From assembly GCF_009914755.1 (NCBI RefSeq), contig NC_060940.1: a stretch of 64,000 nt of DNA. One strand, written 5' to 3'. The notes under the pieces were generated by a model. The model did no database searches. It saw nothing but the letters and a program-made list of their open reading frames with translations, and was not told the origin of the DNA. The translations under genes and the position numbers were made by a program. The stretch is from the human T2T-CHM13v2.0 reference genome, Homo sapiens. Shown one piece after another: positions 14,401 to 27,255 of the stretch (its first letter is position 1; each line of letters starts with the position of its first letter).

Positions 14401-17400
14401 GATGATTCCATTCGATTCCATTTGATGATGATCCCATTCGAGTCCATTCAGTGATTCCATTCGTTTCCATTCCATGATGATTCCATTCCTTTCCATTCAA
14501 TGATTCCATTCGATTCCGTTTGATGATGATTTCATTCGAGTCCATTTGATGATTCCATTTGATTCCATTCGATGATGATTCCATTCGAGTCCATTCGATG
14601 ATTCTATTCGAATCCATTTGATGATTTCTTTTGATTATATTTGGTGATGATTCCATTGGAGTCCATTCAATGATTCCACTCGATTCCAATCGATGATGAT
14701 TCCATTAGAGTCCATTTAATGATTCCATTTGATTCCAGTCTCTGATGATTACATTCGAGTCCATACGATGATTCCACTCAATTCCATATGATGATGATTC
14801 CATTTGATTCCATTCGGTGATTCCATTCTATTCTATTCAATGGTGATTCCATTCGAGTACATTAGATGATTCCATTCGATTCCATTCAATGATGATTCTA
14901 TTTGTGTCCCTTAGATGATTCCACATGATTCCATTAGATGATGATACTATTTGAGCCCATCCAATGATTCCCTTCGATTCCATTCGATGAGGATTCCATT
15001 CGATTCAATTCATTGGTGATTCTATTCAATTCAATTCTTTGATTCCATTCCATTCCATTCGACAATGATTCCATTCGATTTCTTTCGATGATTCCACTCG
15101 ATTCCACTTGACATTGATTCCATTCGATTCCATTCAATGATTCCATTTGATTCCAGTGGATGATGATTGCCATCGATTCCATTCGATCACTCCATTCTAT
15201 TCCATTTGATGATGATTACATTCGATTCCATTTGATGATTCCATCTGATTCTATTCGAGGATTCCATTTGATTCCATTCGATGATGATTCCATTCGAGTC
15301 CATTCGATGATTTCATTCGAGTACATCCAATGATTCCATTCGAGTCCATTAGATGATTCCATTTGATTCCATTTGAAAATGATTCTACTAGAGTCCATTC
15401 AATGACTCCATTCGAGTCCATTCAACAATTCCATTCGACTCCATTCGATGATTCCATTCGATTCCATTTGATGGTTCCATTCGAGTCCATTTAATCATTA
15501 CAGTCGAGTCCATTTGGTGATTCCACTGGATTTCTTTTGATAATGATACCATTCAATTACATTTGATGATGATCCCATTCAACTTCATTTGATGATGATT
15601 CCATTAGAGTCCATTCGATGATTTCATTCGAGTCCCTTCATTGATTCCATCCGATTTCATTGGATGATGACTCCATTCGAGTCCATTCGATGATTCCACT
15701 CGATTCCATTAGATGACTCCATTGGAGTCCATTTGATTGTTCCATTCGATTCCATTCGATTCCTTTCGAAGATTATTCCATTTGAGTCCATTCGATGATG
15801 ATTCCATTCCATTCCATTCGATGATTCCGTTTGATTCCATTCGATGATTCCCTTCGATTCCTTTCTTTGATGATTCCATTCCATTCCATTCAATGATTCC
15901 ATTCGAATCTATTCCATGATGATTCCTTTCGATTCCATTCGCTGATGTTTCCGTTCAATTCCATTCGATGATGATTCCATTCGATTCCATTCATTGAGGA
16001 TTCCATTTGATTCCATTCAATGATGATTCCATTCTATTCCATTCAATGATTGCATTCAATTCCATTCAATGATTATCCCCTTAGAGTAAACTCAACGATT
16101 CCATTCAATACCATTCGATGATGATTCCTTTTGAGTCCATTCAATGATTTCATTCAAGTCCATTTGATGATTCCTTTCAATTCCATTCTATGATGATTCC
16201 ATTCGAGTCCATTCGATGATTCCATTCGATTGCATTCGATGATTCCATTATATTCCATTCAACGGTGATTCCATTCGAGTCCATTCGATGATTCCATTAG
16301 AGTACATTTAATGATTGCTTTGTTTTCAATTCGAAGATGATTACATTGGATTCCATTCTATGATACCATTCGATTCCATTCAATGATGATTCCACTCAAA
16401 TCCATTGGATGATTCCATTCGTGTCCATTCGGTGATTTCATTAGATTCCATTCGAGGATGATTCCATTCGATTCCATTCGATGATTCCATTCAATTCCAT
16501 TCGATGATGATTCCATTCCAGTCCATATGATCATTCCATTTGATTTCATTCGATGATGATTCCATTCGATTCCATTCGACGATTCCATTCTATTCCATTC
16601 GATGATGATTCCATTCGAGTCCATTCGATCATTCCATTCGAGTCCATTTAATGATTCCATTGGGTTCAATTCAATGATGATTACATTGGATTCCGTTCTA
16701 TGATTCCATTCAATTCCGTTCATTGACAATTTGATTCCATTCGATGATGATTCCATTTGAGTTCATTCGATGATTCTATTCGATTCTCTTCGATGGTGAT
16801 TCAATTCTATTATATTGGATGATTCCATTCGATTCCATTTGATGTTGATTCAATTCGATTCTATTCGATGATGATTCCATTGGATTTCACTTGATGATTC
16901 TATTCGATTCCATTCAATGATGATTCACTTCTCGTCCATTGGATGATTCCATTTCATTCCATTCGATGATTATTCCATTCGATTCCATTCGATGATTCCA
17001 TTTGATTCCATGCGACGGTGAGCAATTCGATTCAATTCCATGATGATTCTATTTGATTCAATTAGATGATGTTTCCATTCGAATCCATTCCATGATTATT
17101 CCATTGGAATCCATTCGGCGATGATTCCATATGAGTCAATTCAATGATGATTCCATATGGGTCCGTTCGATGATAATTCCATTTGATTTCATTCGATGCT
17201 TCTATTCTATTCCAGTCGATGATGATTCCGTTGGAGTCCATACGATGATTCCATTTGATTTCATTTGATGATGATTCCATTCGATGATGATTACATTGGA
17301 TTCCATTCTATGATTCCATTCAATTCCATTCGTTGATGATTCGATTCCATTCAATGATGATTCCATTTGAGTTCATTCGATGATTCTATTCGATTCCGTT

Positions 17401-17562
17401 CGATGGTGACTCAATTCTATTATACTGGATGATTCCAGTCGATTCCATTTGATGATTATTCCATTGGAGTCCACTTAGTGAATCCTTTAGATTCTACTCG
17501 ACGATGATTCCATTCGAGTCCATTCGATGATACCATTCAATTCCATTCGTTGATGCTTCCAT
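11451..17562 (+). repeat. Complete 6,112-bp higher-order HSat2 unit (used here as the reference unit)
   Basis: Landmark ORFs recur at exactly +6112: 11451/17563, 10246/16358, 10950/17062, 11831/17943, 12381/18493, 9545/15657. Unique motifs such as CCGGTAGGGTCC, GGTTCCACAGG and TAGAGTAAACTC occur once per unit. Confidence 0.93.
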
Positions 17563-19434
17563 TCAAGTGCATTCGATGATATCATTCGATTCCATTTGAT
17601 GATAATTCCATTTGATTCCATGCGATGATTCTATTCGATTCCATTCAATGATAATTCCATTCAATTCAGTGATTCCTCTGGACTCCATTTGATGATGATT
17701 CCATTCAATGATTCCATTCGATTCCATTCGAAAATGATTCCATTTGAATCCATTTGATGATGATTCCATTAGATTCCATTTGATGATTCCATTCGATTCC
17801 ATTCGACGATGATTCCATTCGATTCCGTTTGATGATTCCATTCTATTCTATTCGATGATGATTCCATTCGATTCCATTCGATGATGATTGGATTCGATTC
17901 CATTTGATGATTTCATATGATTCCATTCGTTAATGATTTCGATCAATTCCATTCGATGATTCCATTCGATTCCATTCGATAATGATTACATCCGAGTCCA
18001 TTCGATGATTCCATTGGAGCCTGTTCGATAATTCCATTTGAGTCCAACCAATGATTCCATTCATTTCCATTCAATGATTCCATTCGAGTCCATTTGATCA
18101 TTCCGGTAGGGTCCATTCGATGTTGATTCCATTGGAGTGCATTCGATGATTCCATTCGAGTCCATTTTAGGATTTGATTCGAGTCCTTTCGATGATTCCA
18201 TTCGATTCCACTCGATGATGATTTCATTCGAGTCCATTCGACACTTCCAATCGATTCCATTTGATGATTCCATTCGAGTCCAATTGATGATTCCATTCAA
18301 TTCCATTCGATGATGATTCCGTACGATTCCATTCTGTGATGATTCCATGTGATTGCATTCAATGATGATTCCTTTCGATTGCATTCGATTATGATTCATT
18401 TCGTGTTCATTCTATGGTTCCACAGGTTTCCATTCGTGTCCATTCCATTATTCCATTCTATTCCATTTGATGATGATTCCATTCGATTCCATTCATTGGT
18501 GATTCCACTCAATTCCATTCAATGATTCCATTCCATTTCTTTCAACAATGATTCCATTAGTTTCTAATCGATGATCCACTTGATTCCATTTGACGACGAT
18601 TCCATTCTTGTCCATTCGATGATTCCATTTGATTCCATATGATGATGATTCCATTCGATTCCATACCATGATGATTCCATTCGAGTCCATTCAATGGTGA
18701 TTCCATTCAATTCCATTCGATGATTCCTTTCGATTCCATTCGATGATGATGGCATTCGATTCCTTTCAATCATTCCCTTTGATTCCATTCAAAGGTGATT
18801 TCATTCAAGTCCATTCGATAATTGCATTCGATTCCATTCTATGATGATTCCATTCGAGTCCATTTGATGATTCCATTCAATTCAAGTCAATGATGATTCC
18901 ATTCGATTCCATTCGATTATTCCATTGGATTCCATTCGATGATGATTCCATTCAAATCCATTCGATAATTCAATTCAAGTCCATTCGATGATGATTCCAA
19001 TCGAATCCATTCAAAGATTCCATTCAGTTCCATTCGATGATTCCCTTAGATTCCATTCGATGATTCCACTTGATTGCATTTACGATGATTCCATTCGATT
19101 CCATGTGATGATTCCATTCAATTTTATTCAATGATGTCTCCATTTGATTCCATTCGACCATGATTGCCTTTGATTCCATTCAATGATTCCATTCGGTTCC
19201 GTTTGATGATGATTCCGTTCGATTCCATTTGATGATTCCATTTGATTCCATTGGATGAGTCCATTCGATTACATTCGATGATTATTCCATTCGAGTGCAT
19301 TAGATGATTCCATTCGAGTCCATTCGATGATTCCATTCGATTCCATTCAACGATGATTTGATTCGTTTCCATTCGATGATTCCATTTGATTCCACTTGAT
19401 GATGATTCCATTCGAGTCCATTTGATGATTCCAT

Positions 19435-21267
19435 TCGAGTCTATTTATGTATTATATTCGTGTCCACTTCATGATTCCATTCAATTCCATTTAATGTTGA
19501 TTCCATTTGATTCCATTTGATGATTCAGTTCGATTCCTTGCAATGATTCCCTACGATTCCTTTCTCTGATGATTCCATTCGATTCCATTCATTGATGATT
19601 TCATTCGACTCCATTCGATGATGATTCCTTTCGATTCCATTTGACGATGTTTCCATTCGAGTCCATTCGATGATGATTCTATTCAATTCTGTTCTATTAT
19701 GATTCCATTCGATTTCATTCAATGCTTCTATTTGATTCCATTCGATGATGATTCCATCTCTTTCCCTTCGATGATTCCATTTGATTCCATTCAGTGGTGA
19801 TTCCATTTGATTCCATCTGATGATGATTTCACTTGATTCCTTTCAATGATGATTCAATTCAAGTCCATTCGATGATTCCATTGGAGTCCAAACGATCATT
19901 CCGTTCGATTCCATTCAATGGTGATTCCATTCATGTCCATTCGATGAATCCATTCAATTCCATTCGATGATGACTCCATTCGAGTACATTCGATGATTCC
20001 ATTTGATTCCATTTGAAGATGATTCCATTCAATTCCATTGGAAGATGATTCCATTCAATTCCATTCGATGATGATTCCGTATGAATCCATTCTCTGATTA
20101 TTCCATTCGATTCCATTCATTGACGATTCCATTCAATTCCATTCAATGATGATTCTCTTCTATTCCATTCGATGATTCCGGTCGATTCCATTCGATGATG
20201 ATTCCATTAGATTCCATTCGATTGTTGCATTCGATTCCCTTCGATGATGATTCCTTTGAATTCCATTCGATTATCATTCCGTATGAATCCATTTGATGAT
20301 TATTCCATTGGATTCCTTTCGATGATGATTCCATTTGATTCCATTTGATGATGTTTCTCTTGTATTCCATTGGATAATTCCTTTCAGTTCCCTTCGATGA
20401 TTATTCTTTCGAGTCAATTCGATGATTCTATTCCATTCCCTTCGATGATGATTCCATTTCACTCCATTTGATGATTCCATTCGACTCAATTTGGTGATGA
20501 TTCAATTCGATGACATTCGATGACTCCATTCAATTTCATTTGATGACGATTACATTCGAGTCCATTTGATGATTGTATTCCTTTCCTTTTGATGATTATT
20601 CCATTCGTGTCTATTCAAAGGTTCCATTCTATTCCATTCAATGATGATTGCATTTGATTCCATTCAATGATTATGGCTATCGATTCCACTCGTTGATTCC
20701 ATTTGATTCTGTTCGATGATTATTCCGTTAGATTCCATTAGAAGATTCCATTCGATTTTATTCAATGATTCCAATGGATTCCATTCAATGATGATTCCAT
20801 TCGACTCCATTCAGTGATTCCATTCGAGTCCATTTGATGATTCCATTCTTTTCCATTTGATGATGATTCCATTAGGGTCCATTCAATGATTCCATTCGAG
20901 TCCATTCGTTAATGCCTTTAGAGTCCTTTTGATCACTACATTCGAGTCCATTCAATGATTCTATTCGATTCCATTCCATGATGATTCCATTCGAGTTCAT
21001 TCGATGATTGCATTCGAGTCCATTTGATGATTCCATATGATTCCCTTCGACAATGATTCCATTCGTGTCCATTTGATGATTCCATTCATTTCCTATCGAT
21101 GAAGATTCCATTCAAGTGTATTCGATGATTCCATTCAAATCCATTCGATGATGATTCCATTCCAGTCCATTCGATCATTCCACTTGATTCCATTTGATGA
21201 CTATTCCATTCAAATCCATTTGATGATTCCATTCGATTCCATTCGATGTTACCATTCGAGTATATAC
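19435..21267 (+). repeat. Divergent ~1.8-kb HSat2 block ('block X'), copy 1, not part of the 6,112-bp unit
   Basis: Carries motifs not seen in the reference unit: CTATTTATGTATTATATTCG, CCTTGCAATG, CCGGTCGATT, TATGGCTATC, GAGTATATACG. Its ORF set (19525, 19931, 20143, 20872) recurs only at +31043. Boundaries are approximate. Confidence 0.85.
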
Positions 21268-21402
21268 GATGATTCCACTCGATTCCATTTGATGATTATT
21301 CCATTGGAGTCCACTTAGTGAATCCTTTAGATTCTACTGGAAGATGATTCCATTCGAGTCCATTCGATGATACCATTCAATTCCATTCGTTGATGCTTCC
21401 AT

Positions 21403-24400
21403 TCAAGTGCATTCGATGATATCATTCGATTCCATTTGATGATAATTCCATTTGATTCCATGCGATGATTCTATTCGATTCCATTCAATGATAATTCCAT
21501 TCAATTCAGTGATTCCTCTGGACTCCATTTGATGATGATTCCATTCAATGATTCCATTCGATTCTATTCGAAAATGATTCCATTTGAATCCATTTGATGA
21601 TGATTCCACTGGATTCCATTTGATGATTCCATTCGATTCCATTCGATGATGATTCCATTCGATTCCTTTTGATGAATCCATTTTATTGTATTCGATGATG
21701 ATTCCATTCGATTCCATTCGATGATGATTGGATTCGATTCCATTTGATGATTTCATTTGATTCCATTCGATAATGATTTCGATCAATTCCATTCGATGAT
21801 TCCATTCGATTCCATTCGATAATGATTACATCCGAGTCCATTCGATGATTCCATTTGAGCCCGTTCGATAATTCCATTTGAGTCCAATCAATGATTCCAT
21901 TCATTTCCATTCAATGATTCCATTCGAGTCCATTTGATCATTCCGGTAGGGTCCGTTCGATGTTGATTCCATTGGAGTGCATTCGATGATTCCATTCGAG
22001 TCCATTTTAGGATTTGATTCGAGTCCTTTCGATGATTCCATTCGATTCCACTCGATGATTTCATTCGAGTCCATTCGACACTTCCAATCGATTCCATTTG
22101 ATGTTTCCATTCGATTCCAATTGATGATTCCATTCCATTCCATTCGATGATGATTCCGTACGATTCCATTCTGTGATGATTCCATGTGATTGCATTCAAT
22201 GATGATTCCTTTCGATTGCATTCGATTATGATTCATTTCGTGTTCATTCTATGGTTCCACAGGTTTCCATTCGATGATGTTTCCATTCGTGTCCATTCCA
22301 TTATTCCATTCTATTCCATTTGAAGATGATTCCATTCGATTCCATTCATTGGTGACTCCACTCAATTCCATTCAGTGATTCCATTCCATTTCTTTCAACA
22401 ATGATTCCATTAGTTTCTATTCGATGATCCACTTGATTCCATTTGACGATGATTCCATTCGTGTCCATTCGATGATTCCATTTGATTCCATATGATGATG
22501 ATTCCATTCGATTCCATACGATGATGATTCCATTCGAGTCCATTCAATGGTGATTCCATTCAATTCCATTCGATGATTCCTTTCGATTCCATTCAATGAT
22601 GATGGCATTCGATTCCTTTCGATCATTCCCTTTGATTCCATTCAAAGGTGATTTCATTCAAGTCCATTCGATAATTGCATTCGATTCCATTCTATGAAGA
22701 TTCCATTCGAGTCCATTTGATGATTCCATTCAATTCAAGTCAATGATGATTCCATTCGATTCCACTCGATGATTCCATTGGATTACATTCGATGATGATT
22801 CCATTCAAATCCATTCGATAATTCAATTCAAGTCCATTCGATGATGATTCCAATCGAATCCATTCAAAGATTCCACTCAATTCCATTCGATGATGATTCC
22901 CTTAGTTTCCATTCGATGATTCCACTTGATTCCATTTACGATGATTCCATTCGATTCCATGTGATGATTCCATTCAATTCTATTCAATGATGTTTCCACT
23001 TGATTCCATTCGAACATGATTGCCTTTGATTCCATTCAATGATTCCATACGATTCCATTTGATGATGATTCCATTCGAGTGCATTAGATGATTCCATTCG
23101 AGTCCATTCGATGATTCCATTCGATTCCATTCGATGTTGATTCTGTTCAAATCCATTTGATGATTCCACTCGATTCCATTCGATGACTCCATTTGATCCC
23201 ATTCGATGATTTCCTTTGATTCCCTTTGATGATCATTCCATTTGATTCAATTCGGTGATTTCATTTGATTCCATTCAGTGATGTTTCCATTCAACTCCTT
23301 TCGATGATGATTCCATTCGACTCCATTCGATTATGATTTCATTCAATTCCATTCGATAATGATTCCCTTCAAGTCCATTCGATGATTCCATTCGATTCCA
23401 TTCAACGGTGATTTGATTCGTGTCCATTCGATGATTCCATTTGATTCCATTTGATGATGATTCCATTCGAGTCCCTTTGATGATTCCATTCAATTCCATT
23501 CTCCGATGATTTCTTTTGAGCCCATTCAATGCTTCCACTCGATTCCATATGATGATGACTCCATTTGATGAAATTCCATGATGATTCCATTCGCTTGCAT
23601 TCGATGATGATTCCACTTGAGTCCGTTAGAAGATTCTATTCAATTACATTCCATGACGATTCTGTTCGAGTCCATTTGATGATTCCATTAGACTCCATTC
23701 GACGATGATTCCATTCGATGTTATTCGATGATGATTCCATTCAACTCCATTCGATGTTTCCATTCGAGTTCATTCTATTATTCCATTAGATTCCATTCGA
23801 TGATGATTCCATTCGATTCCATTTGATGATTGCATTCTATTTCATTTGATGATGATTCCATTCGAGTCCATTCGATGATTCCATTCGAGTCCATTTAATG
23901 AATCCATTCGTTTCAATTCTATGATGATTACATTGGATTCCATTCGTTGATGATTTCATTCGATTCCATTCAATGATGATTCCATTCAATTCCATTCAAT
24001 GATTCCATTCAATTCCATACGATGATGATTCCATTTGATTTGATTCGACAGTGAGCCATTCGACTCAATTCCATGATGATTCTATTTTATTCAATTGGTT
24101 GACATTTCCATTCGATTCCATTCGATGATGATTCCCTTTGATTCCGTTCAAAGATGATTCCATTCTAGCCCATTCAATCATTCCATTCGATTCTATTCAA
24201 TGATGATTCCATTCATGTCGATTTGGTGATTCCATTTGACTTCATTTGATGATGATTCCTTTCAAGTTCATTAGATGATTCCATTCGATTCCATTTGATG
24301 ATGATCCCATTCGAGTCCATTTGATGATTCCACTCGTTTCCATTCCATGATGATTCCATTCCATTCCATTCAATGATTCCATTCGATTCCGTTTGATGAT

Positions 24401-27255
24401 GATTTCATTCGAGTCCATTTGATGATTCCATTTGATTCCATTCGATGATGATTACATTCGAGTCCATACGATGATTCCACTCAATTCCATATGATGATGA
24501 TTCCATTCGATTCCATTCGATGATTCCATTCTATTCTATTCAATGGTGATTCCATTCGAGTACATTAGATGATTCCATTCGATTCCATTCAATGATGATT
24601 CTATTTGTGTCCCTTAGATGGTTCCACATGATTCCATTTCATGATGATACTATTTGAGCCCATCCAATGATTCTCTTCGATTCCATTCGATGAGGATTCC
24701 ATTTGATTCAATTCATTGGTGATTCTATTCAATTCAATTCTTTGGTTCCATTCCATTCCATTCGACAATGATTCCATTCGATTTCTTTCGATGATTCCAC
24801 TCGATTCCACTTGACATTGATTCCATTCGATTCCATTCAATGATTCCGTTTGATTCCAGTGGATGATGATTGCCATCGATTCCATTCGATCACTCCATTC
24901 TATTCCATTTGATGATGATTACATTCGATTCCATTTGATGATTCCATCTGATTCTATTCGAGGATTCCATTTGATTCCATTCGATGATGATTCCATTCGA
25001 GTGCATTCGATGATTTCATTCGAGTACATCCAATGATTCCATTCGAGTCCATTTGATGATTCCATTTGATTCCATTTGATTATGATTCTACTAGAGTCCA
25101 TTCAATGACTCCATTTGAATCCATTCAACAATTCCATTCGTGGCCATTCGATGATTCCATTTGATGGTTCCATTCGAGTCCATTTAATCATTACAGTCGA
25201 GTCCATTTGGTGATTCCACTGGATTTCTTTTGATAATGATACCATTCAATTACATTTGATGATGATCCCATTCAATTTCATTTGATGGTGATTCCATTAG
25301 AGTCCATTCGATGATTTCATTCGAGTCCCTTCATTGATTCCATCCGATTTCATTGGATGATGACTCCATTCGAGTCCATTCGATGATTCCACTCGATTCC
25401 ATTAGATGGTTCCATTGGAGTCCATTTGATTGTTCCATTCGATTCTATTCGATTCCTTTCGAAGATTATTCCATTTGAGTCCATTCGATGATGATTCCAT
25501 TCCATTCCATTCGATGATTCCGTTTGATTCCATTCGATGATTCCCTTCGATTCCATTCTTTGATGATTCCATTCCATTCCATTCAATGATTCCATTCGAA
25601 TCTATTCCATGATGATTCCTTTCGATTCCATTCGCTGATGTTTCCGTTCAATTCCATTCGATGATGATTCCATTCGATTCCATTCATTGAGGATTCCATT
25701 TGATTCCATTCAATGATGATTCCATTCTATTCCATTCAATGATTGCATTCAATTCCATTCAATGATTATCCCATTAGAGTAAACTCAACGATTCCATTCA
25801 ATACCATTCGATGATGATTCCTTTTGAGTCCATTCAATGATTTCATTCAAGTCCATTTGATGATTCCTTTCAATTCCATTCTATGATGATTCCATTCGAG
25901 TCCATTCGATGATTCCATTCGATTGCATTCGATGATTCCATTATATTCCATTCAACGATGATTCCATTAGAGTCCATTCGATGATTCCATTAGAGTACAT
26001 TTAATGATTGCTTTGTTTTCAATTCGAAGATGATTACATTGGATTCCATTCTATGATACCATTCGATTCCATTCAATGATGATTCCACTCAAATCCATTG
26101 GATGATTCCATTCGTGTCCATTCGGTGATTTCATTAGATTCCATTCGAGGATGATTCCATTCGATTCCATTCGATGATTCCATTCAATTCCATTCGATGA
26201 TGATTCCATTCCAGTCCATATGATCATTCCATTTGATTTCATTCGATGATGATTCCATTCGATTCCATTCGATGATTCCATTCTATTCCATTCGATGATG
26301 ATTCCATTCGAGTCCATTCGATGATTCCATTCGAGTCCATTTAATGATTCCATTGGGTTCAATTCAATGATGATTACATTGGATTCCGTTCTATGATTCC
26401 ATTCAATTCCGTTCATTGACAATTTGATTCCATTCGATGATGATTCCATTTGAGTTCATTCGATGATTCTATTCGATTCTCTTCGATGGTGATTCAATTC
26501 TATTATATTGGATGATTCCATTCGATTCCATTTGATGTTGATTCAATTCGATTCTATTCGATGATGATTCCATTGGATTTCACTTGATGATTCTATTCGA
26601 TTCCATTCAATGATGATTCACTTCTCGTCCATTGGATGATTCCATTTCATTCCATTCGATGATGATTCCATTCGATTCCATTCGATGATTCCATTTGATT
26701 CCATGCGTCGGTGAGCAATTCGATTCAATTCCATGATGATTCTATTTGATTCAATTAGATGATGTTTCCATTCGAATCCATTCCATGATTATTCCATTGG
26801 AATCCATTCGGCGATGATTCCATATGAGTCAATTCAATGATGATTCCATATGGGTCCGTTCGATGATAATTCCATTTGATTTCATTCGGTGCTTCTATTC
26901 AATTCCAGTCGATGATGATTCCGTTGGAGTCCATACGATGATTCCATTTGATTTCATTTGATGATGATTCCATTCGATGATGATTACATTGGATTCCATT
27001 CTATGATTCCATTCAATTCCATTCGTTGATGATTCGATTCCATTCAATGATGATTCCATTTGAGTTCATTCGATGATTCTATTCGATTCCGTTCGATGGT
27101 GATTCAATTATCTTATATTGGATGAATCCACTCGATTCCATTTGATGATTATTCCATTGGAGTCCACTTAGTGAATCCTTCAGATTCTACTCGAAGATGA
27201 TTCCATTCAAGTCCATTCGATGATACCATTCAATTCCATTCGTTGATGCTTCCAT
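21403..27255 (+). repeat. 5,853-bp variant unit with seven small indels, copy 1
   Basis: Indels against the reference of -3, +16, +3, -72, -23, -170 and -10 sum to -259, equal to the landmark spacing deficit. Confidence 0.85.

Noticed and set aside
19435-21267. Block X as an Alu, L1, viral or other non-satellite insertion
   Set aside because: It keeps the CATTCGATGATTC framework throughout, so it is divergent HSat2.
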